NCBI RefSeq assembly: GCF_036365525.1
Contig: NW_027142279.1
Coordinates: forward strand, 496,001 to 560,000
Length of the DNA: 64,000 bases
Origin: Heterodontus francisci
Lineage: Eukaryota
Direction: 5' to 3'
Shown here piece by piece: positions 35,601-48,590 of this stretch. The first letter of the stretch is position 1, and the number at the start of each line of letters is the position of its first letter. The notes below the pieces were generated by a model that was given only the letters and a program-made list of their open reading frames with translations, was not told where the DNA came from and made no database searches. Position numbers and translations under genes: made by a program.

Positions 35601-36495
35601 AGCTAAGAGGAAAAAGGAAGCATACATAAGGTCTCGGCGGCTGATGAAAGACGAAGCTTTGAAAGAATATCGGGAATGTAGGACCAATCTGAAACGAGGA
35701 ATTAAGAGGGCTAAAAGGGGTCATGAAATATCTTTAGCAAACAGGGTTAAGGAAAATCCCAAAGCCTTTTATTCATATATAAGGAGAAAGAGGGTAACTA
35801 GAGAAAGGATTGGCCCACTAAAGGACAAAGGAGGAATGTTATGCTTGGACTCAGAGAAAATGGGTGAGATTCTAAACGAGTACTTTGCATCGGTATTCAC
35901 CGAGGAGAGGGACATGACGGATGTTGAGGTTAGGAACAGATGTTTGATTACTCTAGGTCAAGTCGGCATAAGGAGGGAGGAAGTGTTGGGTATTCTAAAG
36001 GGCATTAAGGTGGACAAGTCCCCAGGTCCGGATGGGATCTATCCCAGGTTACTGAGGGAAGCGAGAGAGGAAATAGCTGGGGCCTTAACAGATATCTTTG
36101 CAGCATCCTTAAACACGGGTGAGGTCCCGGAGGACTGGAGAATTGCTAATATTGTCCCCTTGTTTAAGAAGGGTAGCAGGGATAATCCAGGTAATTATAG
36201 ACCGGTGAGCCTGACGTCAGTGGTAGGGAAGATGCTGGAGAAGATACTGAGGGATAGGATCTATTCCCATTTGGAAGAAAATGGGCTCATCAGTGATAGG
36301 CAACATGGTTTTGTGCAGGGAAGGTCATGTCTTACCAACTTAATAGAATTCTTTGAGGAAGTGACAAAGTTGATTGATGAGGGAAGGGCTGTCGATGACA
36401 TATACATGGACTTCAGTAAGGCGTTTGATAAGGTTCCCCATGGCAGGCTGATGGAGAAAGTGATAGCTGATGGAGAAAGTGATGGAGAAAGTGAA
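32626..36495 (+). mobile_element. CR1-clade LINE with intact 5' end (5 x ~160-bp monomers, ORF1, ORF2) but 3'-truncated
   Basis: Monomers at 32626-33428. ORF1 33608-34555. ORF2 from 34555, breaking off inside the RT after DFSKAFDKVPHGRLMEKV. Confidence 0.93.
33608..34555 (+). pseudogene. LINE ORF1: CxxC..CxxC zinc-binding, coiled coil and SGNH/GDSL esterase, with one premature stop
   Basis: CSSC..CRMC; GDSI, HIGTND and DGLH esterase motifs. In-frame TAA at 34262-34264; the frame continues to TAA at 34553-34555. Confidence 0.88.
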
Positions 36496-36525
36496 AGAGA
36501 AAGGAATAGCTTGATGGATGTTTAA
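34555..36525 (+). CDS. LINE ORF2 N-terminal part (APE endonuclease, linker, start of RT), truncated
   Basis: FNARS, ITETWL, GGGVAL, YRPP, GDFN, LDLV and SDH endonuclease motifs; KSPGPDG, NYRPVSLTS and DFSKAFD RT motifs. Confidence 0.9.
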   Translation: MWQGDGNQLRSVDSKEVVTKACKELDNEVSVTKGKSRQGADDEYKGTGGLRCICFNARSVVGKADELRAWISTWEYDVIAITETWLREGHDWQLNIPGYRCFRRDREGGKRGGGVALLVKEDITAVLKEGTMEDSSSEAIWTELRNRKGAVTMLGLYYRPPNSEREIEVQICKQIMERCRSNRVVVIGDFNFPNIDWDSLSVRGPDGAEFVRSIQEGFLEQYVNSPTREGAILDLVLGNEPGQVVEVSVGDYFGNSDHNSVSFKILMDKDESGPKGRVLNWGKANYTKIRQELGNVDWEQLFEGKSTCDMWEAFKERLISVQERHVPVKMRDRNGKIREPWMTGEIVRLAKRKKEAYIRSRRLMKDEALKEYRECRTNLKRGIKRAKRGHEISLANRVKENPKAFYSYIRRKRVTRERIGPLKDKGGMLCLDSEKMGEILNEYFASVFTEERDMTDVEVRNRCLITLGQVGIRREEVLGILKGIKVDKSPGPDGIYPRLLREAREEIAGALTDIFAASLNTGEVPEDWRIANIVPLFKKGSRDNPGNYRPVSLTSVVGKMLEKILRDRIYSHLEENGLISDRQHGFVQGRSCLTNLIEFFEEVTKLIDEGRAVDDIYMDFSKAFDKVPHGRLMEKVIADGESDGESERERNSLMDV

Positions 36526-37544
36526 AATAGAGGCTATTGCCTCTGGATCTCTCCTGATGTTTCCATCTCCATACCTATCTCCTATATGTTTGTGCACACA
36601 GCAGTGAAGGATTACATCAAATTCATATATCTTACATTCTCCCTTTCAATCCACCCCAACAATCTCTCTCTCTCTCTCCAACCCTGTCCCTCTCTACTGC
36701 CCGCTCTCTGTCTGCATATCTAACCCTCTCTCCCTCTGTCTCACTCCTAGTGTCAGAGAGAGCAGGAGGAAGAGACGGAGAGAGGAAGACAGAGAGAGAA
36801 TTTAGAAGGAACTGTACTCTGTTCCTAAGCTGAACCTGCACTCGGAGTGTTTGAGGGGCTACATTAATCGGCCGTGTACAGTCCTTTATCTGGCTGTGAA
36901 GAAGCAGAGCATGTTCAGGACTCAACGGGTCAAAGGGAACGATTCACTCCTGTCTGCTACGGGAAAGAGAGACTGACCTTAACATCAATGCCGCGTTTGA
37001 CCGAGTGTGACAGCGAGGAGACCGAGTAAAACTGAAGTCAGTGGGAATCTGCTGGTTGGAATTATACTGAGCACAAAGGAAGATGGTTGTGGTTGTTGGA
37101 GGTCAATCATCTCAGTTCCAGGACATCACTGCAGAATAATAGAGACAAGGTAGATGAAAACTTTCTGTCTGCCATAAAAAGTGAAATGGTCAAACAATGT
37201 TGTTATTGGAGAGGTCTGGCCTCTATCTGATTCCATTCAGACAGACAGACAGATATCAGTATAAATGAAGACATATATTTGCCTGGGTTAGAGATGGAAG
37301 ACTGAACATTCCCTTCGGTCTTGTTACTACCTATCAGCAGCTGTGTACAATTTCTAATTGCACTGGTTTGATGTGGGTAATATTTATGTTTGTAAGGATG
37401 GGGTGAATCTTATAACAATCTCCCCGAGATGAAGTGGGATTGAGGGATTGGAGTAAAGGTCAGTAACAGTGCAATGCACTTTACACGACTGAGTAACAAA
37501 CATTGTTGTGTTAAAGTTTAATAAATCACACTTGTGTTGCAAAG

Positions 37545-38475
37545 AACAAATAAAGAACAAAGAACAAAGAACAGTACAGCACAGGAACAGGCCATTCGGC
37601 CCTCCAAGCCTGCGCCGAACTAGATGCCTGCCGAAACTAACATCTTCTGCACTTCCGGGGCCCATATCCCTCTATTCCCTTCCTATTCATATATTTGTCA
37701 AGATTTCTCTTAAATGTCACTATCGTATCTGCTTCCACCACCTCCCCTGGCAGCAAGTTCCAGGCACTCACCACCCTCTGTGCAAAAAATTTGCCTCGCA
37801 CATCCCCTCTAAACTTTGCCCCTCGCACCTTAAACCTATGTCCCCTAGTAACTGACTCTTCCACCCTGGGAAAAAGCTTCTGACTATCCACTCTGTCCAT
37901 GCCGCTCATAACTTTGTAAACCTCTATCATGTCGCCCCTCCACCTCCATCGTTCCAGTGAAAATAATCCGAGTTTTTCCAACCTGTCCTCTAGCTAATGC
38001 CCTCCAGACCAGGCAACATCCTGGTAAACCTTCTCTGTACCTTCTCCAAAGCCTCCACGTCGTTCTGGTAGTGTGGCGACCGGAATTTCATTCAGTATTC
38101 TCAGTGTGGCCTAACTAAGGTTCTATACAGCTGCAACATGACTTGCCAATTTTTATACTCTATGCCCCGACTGATGAAGGCAAGCATGCCGTCTGCCTTC
38201 TTGACTACCTTATCCACCTGCGTTGCCACTTTCAGTGACCTGTGGACCTGTACGCCCAGATCTCTCTGCCTGTCAATACTCCAAAGGGTTCTGCCGTTTA
38301 CTGTATACCTCCCACCTGCATTAGACCTTCCAAAATACATTACCTCACATTTGTCCGGATTAAACTCCATCTGCTATTTCTCCACCCATGTCTGCAACCG
38401 ATCTATGTCCTGCTGTATCCTTTGACAATCCTCATTATTATCCGCAACTCCACCAACCTTTGTGTCGTCCGCAAT
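37545..38475 (-). mobile_element. 5'-truncated CR1 LINE with (TTTGTTC)n-type tail
   Basis: Minus-strand ADDTKVGG..MEFNPDKCEV..RDLGVQVH; aaagaac repeats at 37541-37575. Confidence 0.9.
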
Positions 38476-38899
38476 TGCTGATATATATTTTTTAATGATA
38501 TGGATTGTTTTTCTCACAGGATTTTCGATTGTAATTTCCTTTATTTTGGCTGATGTATAGAATATAAGGGCAGGGAGCTTATGCTGGAACTGCATAAAAC
38601 ACTAGTTAGACCACAGCTAGAGAACTGTGTACAGTTCGGGTCAGCACATTACAGGAAGGATGTGATCACACCAGCGAGGGTACAGAGTAGATTTACAAGG
38701 GATGTTGTCAGGAATGGAGAATTTTAGCTATGAGGAAAGATTGGACAGGCTGGTGTTGTTTTCTTTGAAACAGAGGAGGCTGAGGGGAGATTTAATGGAG
38801 GTGTGTAAAATGATGATGGGCCCAGATTGAGTGGATCGGAAGGACCGATGGAGAATAACCCAAGCTCTCCAATACATCCATATACCTGAAGGAACTGAA

Positions 38900-41800
38900 A
38901 TAAAGACAGAGAGAACGAGGGACAGAGAGAGATAGAGGGGGAGAGATATAGAGAGTCTCAGCGACAGAGAGATAGGGCAAGGAGTGATAGGGGGGTAAAG
39001 AGAGAGAGAGAAGGAGAGAGAGAAGGAGAGAGAGGGACAGACAAAGAGAAGGAGAGAGGGAGTGACAGAGAGGGAATGATAGCTGGAGGGACAGAGAGAG
39101 ACACAGAGAGAGAGGCAGAGACAGAGATAGCAGGAGAGAGACGGAAAGACAGAAAGGGAATGACAGATGGAGGGCCATACAGAGAGACAGAGAGAGTGGC
39201 AGAGACAAAGATAGAAGGAGAGCGAGCGAGTATCAGGAAGGGAAAGACAAATTGAGGGACAGAGAGAGAGACAGAGAGAGAAGGAGAGAGATGGAGTGAC
39301 AGGGAGGGAAGGATAGATGGAGGGATAGAGAGACGGAGAGACAGAGAGGGAAAGACAGATGGAGGGACAGAGAGAGAGACAGAGAGAGTGGCAGAGACAG
39401 AAATAGAAGGAAAGAGAGGGATTGCCAGGAAGGAAAGGACAGATGGAGAGACAGAGTGAGAGACAGAGAGAGAAGGAGAGAGATGGAGTGACAGGGAGGG
39501 AAGGACAGATGGAGGGATAGAGAGAGAGACAGAGAGCGAGACAGAGACAGAGTTAGAAGGAGACAGAGGGAGTGACGGGGTGGTGGAGGGAGACAGATGA
39601 AGAGACAGAGAGAGAGAGAAGGAGAGAGATGGAGAGACAGGGAGGGAAAGACAGATGGAGAGACAGAGAATGAGAGGCAGAGATGGAAGGAGAGAGATGG
39701 CGTGACAGGCAGGGAAAGACAGATGGAGAGACAGAGAGGAAGACAGAGAGAGAAGGAGAGAGAGGGAGTGTCAGGGAGAGAAAGACAGATGGAGGGACAG
39801 AATGTGAGGGAGAGAGATAGAAGGAGAGGGTGGGAGTGACACAGAGGGTAATACAGATGGAGGGACAGAGAGAGAGACAGATATAGAGATAAAAGGAGTG
39901 AGAGTGAGTGACAGGGGGTGGGAAAGACAGATGGAGAGACAGAGAGAGAGAGACGGAGAGATGGAGAGAGATGGAGTGACTGGCAGGGAAAGATAGATGG
40001 AGCGACAGATAGAAAGACAGAGAGAGAAGGAGAGAGAGGGAGTGTCAGGGAGGGAAGGACATATGGAGGGATAGAGTGAGAGACAGAGAGACAAGGAGAG
40101 AGAGGGAGTGTCAAAGAGGGAAGGGCAGATGGAGAGACAGAGAGATAGAGACAGTGATGGAAGGAGAGAGAGGGAGGGACAGAGAGGGAAAGACAGATGG
40201 AGGGTAAGAGAGAGAGTGAGAGAGATAGAAGGAGAGAGATGGAGTGACAATGAGGGAAGGACAGATGGAGGGAGAGAAGGAGAGAGACAGAGATAGAAGG
40301 AGAGAGATGGAGTGACGGAGGGGGGGGAAGAAGACAGATGGAGGGACAGAGAGAGAGAGAGACAGAGACAGAAGGAGAGATATGGAGAGACAGAGAGGGA
40401 AAGAGAGATGGAGAGACAGAGAGTGAGAGGCCGTGATGGAAGGTGAGAGATGGAGTGACAGGCAGGGAAAGACAGATGGAGAGACAGAGAGAAAGACAGA
40501 GAGAGAAGGACAGAGAGGGTGTGACAGGGAGGGAAGGACAGATGGAGGGATAGAGAGAGAGAGACAGAGACAGAGTTAGAAGGAGAAAGAGGGAGTGACG
40601 GGGTGGGGAGGGGGGAGACAGATGGTGAGACAGTGAGAGAGAGAGAAGGAGAGAGATGGAGAGACAGAGAGGGAAATACAGATGGAGAGACAGAGAGAAA
40701 GACAGAGAGAGAAGTACAGAGAGGGAGTGTCAGGGAGAGAAAGACAGATGGAGGGCCAGTGTGTGAGGGAGAGAGATAGAAGGAGAGGGTGGGAGTGACA
40801 GAGAGGGTAATACAGATGGAGGGACAGAGAGAGAGACAGAGATAGAGATAAAAGGAGAGTGAGTGAGTGACAGGGGGTGGGAAAGACAGATGGAGAGACA
40901 GAGAGAGAGAGACGGAGAGAAGGAGAGAGATGGAGTGAGGGGGAGGGAAGGACAGATGGAGGGACAGAGAGTGAGAGGCAGAGATGGAAGGAGAGAGAGG
41001 GAGTGTCAGGGAGAGAAAGACAGATGTAGGGACAGAGTGAGAGAGACGGAGAGAAGGAGAGAGATGGAGTGAGAGGGAGGGAAGGACAGATGGAGGGGCA
41101 GAGAGAGAGATACAGAGATAGAAGGAGAGAGAGGGTGGGACTGAGAGGGAAGACAGATGGAGGGACAGAGAGAGAGAGAGATAGATAGATAGAAGGAGAG
41201 AGATGGAGTGACAGGGAAGGAAGGACAGATGGAGGGACAGAGAGAGAGAGAGAGATAGCGATAGAAGGAGAGAGATGGAGTGACAGTGTGGGAAGGACGA
41301 TGGAGGGATAGAGTGAGAGACAGAGAGGCAAGGAAAGAGAGGGAGTTTCAGGGAGGGAATGGCAGATGGAGGGATAGAGAGAGAGACAGAGATAGAAGGA
41401 GAGAGAGGGAGGGACAGAGAGGGAAAGACAGATGGAGGGAAAGAGAGAGAGATAGAAGGAGAGAGATGGAGTGACAATGAGGGAAGGACAGATGGAGGGA
41501 CAGAGGGAGAGAGACAGAGATAGAAGGAAAGATATGCAGAGATAGAGAGGGAAAGAGAGTTGGAGAGACAGAGAGTGAGAGGCCGTGATGGAAGGTGAGA
41601 GAGGGAGTGACAGGCAGGGAAAGACAGATGGAGAGCCAGAGAGAGAGACAGAGCGAGAAGGAGAGGAGGGTGTGACAGGGAGGGAAGGATAGATGGAGGG
41701 ATTGAGAGAGAGAGACAGAGATAGAAGCAGAGAGTGGGTGTGACAGGGAGGGAAAGAGAAGTGGAGGGACAGAGAGATAGACAGGGATAGAGATAGAAGG

Positions 41801-44800
41801 AGAGAGAGGGTGTGACGCGGAGGGGAAGACAGATGGAGGGATAGAGTGAGAGGCAGAGAGAGAAGGAGAGAGATGGAGTGACAGGGAGGGAAGGACAGAT
41901 GGAGGGATAGAGAGAGAGACAGAGAGCGAGGCAGAGACAGAGTTAGAAAGAGAAAGAGGGAGTGACGGGGTGGGGGGGGGAGACAGATGAAGAGACAGAG
42001 AGAGAGAGAAGGAGAGAGATGGAGAGACAGAGAGGGAAAGACAGATGGAGAGACAGAGAGTGAGAGGCAGAGATGGAAGGAGAGAGAGGGAGTATCAGGG
42101 AGAGAAAGACAGATGGAGGGACAGAGTGTGAGGGAGAGAGATAGAAGAAGAGGGAGGGAGTGACAGAGAGGGTAATATAGATGGAGGGGCAGAGAGAGAG
42201 ACAGAGATAGAGATAAAAGGAGTGAGAGTGAGTGACAGGGGGTGGGGAAGACAGATGGAGAGACAGAGAGAGAGAGACGGAGAGAAGGAGAGAGATGGAG
42301 TGACTGGGAGGGAAGGACAGATGGAGCGACAGATAGAAAGACAGAGAGAGAAGGAGAGAGAGGGAGTGTCAAAGAGGGAAGGGCAGATGGAGAGACAGAG
42401 AGATAGAGACAGTGATAGAAGGAGAGAGAGGGAGGGACAGAGAGGGAAAGACAGATGGAGGGTAAGAGAGGGAGTGAGAGAGATAGAAGGAGAGAGATGT
42501 AGTGACAATGAGGGAAGGACAGATGGAGGGACAGAGGGAGAGAGACAGAGATAGAAGCAGAGAGATGGCGTGACGGAGGGGGGGGGGAGAAGACAGATGG
42601 AGGGACAGAGAGAGAGAGACAGAGATAGAAGGAGAGATATGGAGAGACAGAGAGTGAGAGGCAGTGATGGAAGGTGAGAGATGGAGTTACAGGCAGGGAA
42701 AGACAGATGGAGAGACAGAGAGAAAGACAGAGAGAGAAGGACAGAGAGGGTGTGACAGGGAGGGAAGGGCAGATGGAGGGATTGAGAGAGAGAGACAGAG
42801 ATAGAAGCAGACAGTGGGAGTGACAGGGCGGGAAAGAGAAGTGGAGGGACAGAGAGAGAGACAGAGATAGAGATAGAAGGAGAGAGAGGGTGTGACGGGG
42901 AGGGGAAGACAGATGGAGAGACAGAGAGAGAGAGACAGAGAGAGAAGGAGAGAGGGGGAGTGACAGGGAGGGAAGGACAGATGGTGGGATAGAGAGACGG
43001 AGAGACAGAGAGGGAAAGACAGATGGAGGGACAGAGAGAGAGAGACAGAGAGAGTGGCAGAGACAGAGATAGAAGGAAAGAGAGGGATTGCCAGGAAGGA
43101 AAGGACAGATGGAGGGACAGAGTGAGAGACAGAGAGAGAAGGAGAGAGATGGAGTGACTGGGAGGGAAGGACAGATGGAGGGACAGAGAGTGAGAGGCAG
43201 AGATGAAATGAGAGAGAGGGAGTGACAGGCAGGGAAAGATAGATGGAGCGACAGATAGAAAGACAGAGAGAGAAGGAGAGAGAGGGAGTCACAGAGAGGG
43301 AAAGACTGTTGGAGGGACAGAGAGTGAGAGGCAGAGATGGAAGGAGAGAGAGGGAGTGTCAGGGAGAGAAAGACAGATGTCGGGACAGAGTGAGAGAGAC
43401 GGAGAGAAGGAGAGAGATGGAGTGAGAGGGAGGGAAGGACAGATGGAGGGGCAGAGAGAGAGATACAGAGATAGAAGGAGAGAGAGGGTGGGACTGAGAG
43501 GGAAGACAGATGGAGGGACAGAGAGAGAGAGAGAGATAGATAGAAGGAGAGAGATGGAGTGACAGGGAGGGAAGGACAGATGGAGGGATAGAGAGAGAGA
43601 GAGAGACAGCGATAGAAGGAGAGAGATGGAGTAACAGGGAGGGAAGGACAGATGGAGGGATGGAGTGAGAGACAGAGATAGATGAGAGAGAGGGTGTGTC
43701 TGGGTGGGAAAGACAGATGGAGGGACAGAGTGAGAGACAGAGAGAGAAGGAGAGAGGTGGTGTGTCAGGAAGGGAAAGGCAGATGGAGCGACAGAGTGGG
43801 AGACAGAGCGAGAAGGAGAGAGATGGAGTGACAGGGAGGGAAGGACTGATGGAGGGATAGAGAGAGAGAGAGAGAGATAGAAGGAGAGAGAGGTAGTGTC
43901 AGGGAGGGAAAGGCAGGTGGAGAGACAGAGAGAGAGAAAGACACATGGAAGGAGAGAGCGGGAGTCACAGAGAGGGGAAGACTGTTGGAGGGATAGAGAG
44001 AGACAGAGATAGAAGGAGAGAGAGGGAGTGTCAGGGAGGGAAGGACAGATGGAGGGACAGAGAGAGAGGCAGAGAGAGAAGGAGAGAGATGGAGTGACAG
44101 GGAGGGAAGGACAGATGGAGGGACAGAGAGAGAGGCAGAGAGAAAAGGAGAGAGATCGGGTGATGGTGGGGGCGGGAGCGGCGAGACTGATGGAGTGACA
44201 GAGAGAGAAGGAGAGAGTGGGAGAGACAGAGTGAAAGACAGATGGAGAGAAAGAGAGAGAGAGGCAGAGATGCAAGCAGTGAGGGAGTCACAGGTAGGGA
44301 AAGACAGATGGACAGACAGAGAGAGAGACAAAGATAGAAGGAGAGAGAGGGAGTGTCAGGGAGGGAAAGACAGATGCAGGGACAGAGAGAGAGAGACAGA
44401 GAAAAAAGGGAGAGAGAGCGAGTGTCAGGGAGGGAAAGACAGATGGCGGGACAGAGAGAGAGGGAGAGATAGAAGGAGAGAGAGGGAGAGACAGAGAGGG
44501 AAAGACAGATGGAGGGATAGAGAGAGACAGAGATAGAAGGAGAGAGAGGGAGTGTCAGGGAGGGAAAGACAGATGGAGGGACAGAGAGAGAGACAGAGAG
44601 AGAAGAAGAGAGAGGGAGTGTCAGGGAGGGAAAGACAGATGCAGGGACAGAGAGAGAGAGACAGAGAAAAAAGGGAGAGAGAGGGAGTGTCAGGGAGGGA
44701 AAGACAGATGGCGGGACAGAGAGAGAGGGAGAGATAGAAGGAGAGAGAGGGAGAGACAGAGAGGGAAAGACAGATGGAGGGATAGAGAGAGACAGAGATA

Positions 44801-47800
44801 GAAGGAGAGAGAGAGGGAGTGTCAGGGAGGGAAAGACAGATGGAGGGACAGAGAGAGAGACAGAGAGAGAAGGAGAGAGATGGAGTGACAGGGAGGGAAG
44901 GACAGATGGAGGGATAGAGAGAGAGACAGAGAGCGAGGCAGAGACAGAGTTAGAAGGAGAAAGAGGGAGTGACGATGTGGGGGGTGGAGACAGATGAAGA
45001 GACAGAGAGAGAGAGAAGGAGAGAGATGGAGAGACAGAGATGGAAAGACAGATGGAGAGACCGAGAGTGAGAGGCAGAGATGGAATGAGAGAGGGGGTGA
45101 GACAGAGAGGGAAATACAGATGGAGGGACAGAGAGAGAGCGATAGATAGAAGGAGAGAGGGGGTGAGACAGAGAGGGAAATACAGATGGAGGGACAGAGA
45201 GAGAGCGATAGATAGAAGGAGAGAGTGGGAGAGACAGAGAGGGAAAGACAGATGGAGGGACAGAGAGAGACAGAGATAGAAGGAGAGAGATGGAGTGACA
45301 GGGAGGGAAGGACAGATGGAGGGACAGAGAGAGAGAGACAGAGAGAGAAGGAGTGATGGAGATTGACAGGAATGGAAGGGCAGATGGAGGGATAGAAAGA
45401 GAGAGAGACAGAGATAGAAGGAGAGAGAGGGAGTGACAGAGAGGTAAAGATAGATGGAGGGACTGAGGGATACAGAGAGAGAGGAAGAGACAGAGATAGA
45501 AGGAGAGAGAGGGACATAGAGGGAGGGATCAAGAAAGAAGGAAATATGGTTGAAACCATTGCTGTATTGGGAGCGAGGGAGGAAGGGAGAGAAAAATGAA
45601 AGAGAGACGGGGAAACAGAAAGGGAGAAATGGTGTCATAGAGACACAGACAGAGTTATGGACAGAGGCAGTGAAAGAGAGGGAGAGAGGGAGAGACAGAG
45701 AGAGAGAAAGAGGGAGAGACAGAGATAGAAGGAGAGAGAGGGAGTGACGGGGAGGGAAAGACAGATGGAGGGGCAGAGAGAGAAGGAGAGAGATGGAGTG
45801 ACAGGGAGCGAAAGACAGATGGAGGGACAGAGAGAAACAGAGAGGAAGAGGTAGAAATAGAAAGGGAGACAGAGATATGGAGAGGAAGATAAAGAGACAG
45901 TGAGAGAGTGAGATAGAGAGAGAGAAAGGCAGAGATGGTGTGAGAGAGACACAAATAGAGTCATGGACAGAAGCACAGAGAGAGAGAGAGTAACAGAGAG
46001 AGAGAGAGAGAGTCAGAGAGAGAGAGAGACAGACAGAAAGAGAGAGATAGAGACACAGAAAGAAACAGACAGAAAGGGAGCGTCAGTGAGAGAGATGAGA
46101 TAGAATGAGAGAGAGGGAGTGACAGGCAGGGAAAGACAAATGGAGCGACATAAAGAAAGACAGAGAGGGAAGGAGAGAGAGGGAGTATCAGGGAGAGAAA
46201 GACAGATGGAGGGAAAGAGAGAGAGACAGAGATATAGATAGAAGGAGAGAGAGAGTGAGTGACGGGGATGGGAAGACAGATGGTGAGACAGAGAGAGAGA
46301 CAGAGAGAGAAGGAGAGAGAGGGAGAGATGGAGAGGGAAAGATAGATGGAGGGACAGAGAGAGAGAGACACAGAGATAGAAGGAGAGAGATGGAGTGACA
46401 GGGAGAGAAGGACAGATGGAGGGATAGAGTGCGAGATAGAGAGACAAGGAGAGAGATGGAGTGACAGGGAGGGAAAGGCAGATGGAGGGATAGAGTGAGA
46501 GACAGAGATAGAAGGAGAGAAATGGAGTGTCAGGGAGGGAAGGACAGATGGCGGGACAGAGAGAGAGGGAGAGATAGAAGGAGAGAGGGGGTGAGACAGA
46601 GAGGGAAAGACAGATGGAGGGACAGAGAGAGAGCGATAGATAGAAGGAGAGAGTGGGAGAGACAGAGAGGGAAAGACAGATGGAGGGACAGAGAGAGGCA
46701 GAGATAGAAAGAGAGAGAGGGAGTGTCAGGGAGGGAAAGACAGATGGAGGGACAGAGAGAGACAGAGATAGAAGGAGAGAGAGGGAGTGTCAGGGAGGGA
46801 AAGACAGATGGAGGGACAGAGAGAGAGACAGAGATAGAAGGAGAGAGACGGAGTGACAGGGAGGGAAGGACAGATGGAGGGACAGAGAGAGAGAGTCAGA
46901 GAGAGAAGGAGTGAGGGGGATTGACAGGAATGGAAGGGCAGATGGAGGGATAGAAAGAGAGTGAGGCAGAGATAGAAGGAGAGATGGGAGTGACAGAGAG
47001 GTAAAGACAGATGGAGGGACTGAGGGATACAGAGAGAGAGGCAGAGGCAGAGATAGAAGGAGAGAGAGGGACAGAGAGGGAGGGGTAAAGAAAGAAGGAA
47101 ATATGGTTGAAACCATTGCTCTATTGGGAGCGAGGGAGGAAGGGAGAGATGAAAAGAAAGAGAGACGGGGAAACAGAAAGGGAGAAATGGTGTCATAGAG
47201 ACACAGACAGAGTTATGGACAGAGGCAGTGAAAGAGAGGGAGAGAGGGAGAGACAGAGAGAGAGGGAGAGACAGAAACAGAAGGAAAGGGAGTGACAGGG
47301 AGGGAAAGACAGATGGAGGGACAGAGAGAGAAGGAGAGAGATGGAGTGACAGGGAGGGAAAGACAGATGGAGGGACAGAGAGAGAGAGACTGAGAGGAAG
47401 CGGTAGAAATAGAGAGGGAGACAGAGATATTGAGAGGAAGATACAGAGACAGTGAGAGAGAGAGATACAGAGAGAGAATGGCAGAGATGGTGCGAGAGAG
47501 ACACAAATAGAGTCATGGACAGAAGCAAAGAGCGAAAGAGTAACAGAGAATGAAAGAGAGAGAGAGAGAGAGAGAGAGTCAGAGAGAGAGAGAAAGACAG
47601 AAAGAGAGAGATAGAGACACAGAAAGAAACAGAGAGAAAGGGAGCGTCAGTGGGAGAGGGAGACAGAGACAGTGATAGCGAAAGACAACGAGAGAGAGAG
47701 ATGGGGAGAAAGAGTTGTAGGGGAAGAGAGAGAGATAGAGGGGGAAGAGAGATATAGAGGGGGCAGAGAAAGATAGAGGGGGAAGAGAGTGATGGGGGAG

Positions 47801-48590
47801 AGAGAGAGGGGGAGAGAGAGAGGGGGAGAGAGAGAGGGGAGAGAGAGAGGGGGAGGGGATGAAAGAGAGGGGAGAGGGAGAGAGAGGGGGTGAGAGGGAG
47901 TGAGAGGGGGTGAGAGAGGGGTGAGAAGGGGTGAGAGGGGGAGAGGGCGAGAGAGGGGGAGAGGGCGAGAGAGGGGGAGAGGGCGGGAGAGGGGGCGAGG
48001 GAGAGAAAGGGGAGAGAGAGAGAAAGGGGGAGAGAGAGAGAAAGGGGAGAGAGAGGGGGGAGTGGGAGAGAGAGGGGGAGGGAGAGAGGGGGAGGGAGAA
48101 AGAGGGGAGAGGGAGAGAGAGTGGGGAGAAAGAGCTAGAGGGGGAGAGGGAGATAGTGGGGTAGATAGAGGGGGGAGAGGGAGAGAAAGGGGGAGAGGGA
48201 GAAATGGGGAGGGAGAGAGAAAGGGGAGAGAGAGGGGGGAGTTGGAGAGAGAGGGGGAGGGAGAGAGAGGGGGAGGGAGAAAGAGGGGGAGAGGGTGAGA
48301 GAGTGGGGAGAAAGAGTTAGAGGGGGAGAGGGAGATAGAGGGGTAGATAGAGGGGGAGAGGCAGAGAGAGCGGGAGAGGGAGATAGAGGGGGAGAGTGAG
48401 ATGGATGGGCCGAGGGAGATCGAGGGGGGAGAGGGAGATCGAGGGGGGAGAGGGAGATTGAGGGGAGAGAGGGAGATCAAGGGGGAGAGGGAGATCAAGA
48501 GGGAGAGGGAGATAGAGGGGAGAGGGAGATAGAGGGGGGCGAGGGAGATAGAGGGGGAGAGGGAGATAGAGGGGGAGAGAGAGATGGGGA
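38900..48590 (+). repeat. ~9.7-kb polypurine (GA-rich) complex satellite
   Basis: Degenerate ~60-70-bp unit gggagggaaggacagatggagggacagagagagagacagagatagaaggagagagatggagtgaca. Higher-order duplications such as ~45480-46090 versus ~47010-47650. Ends in a near-pure G/A tract. Confidence 0.95.
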
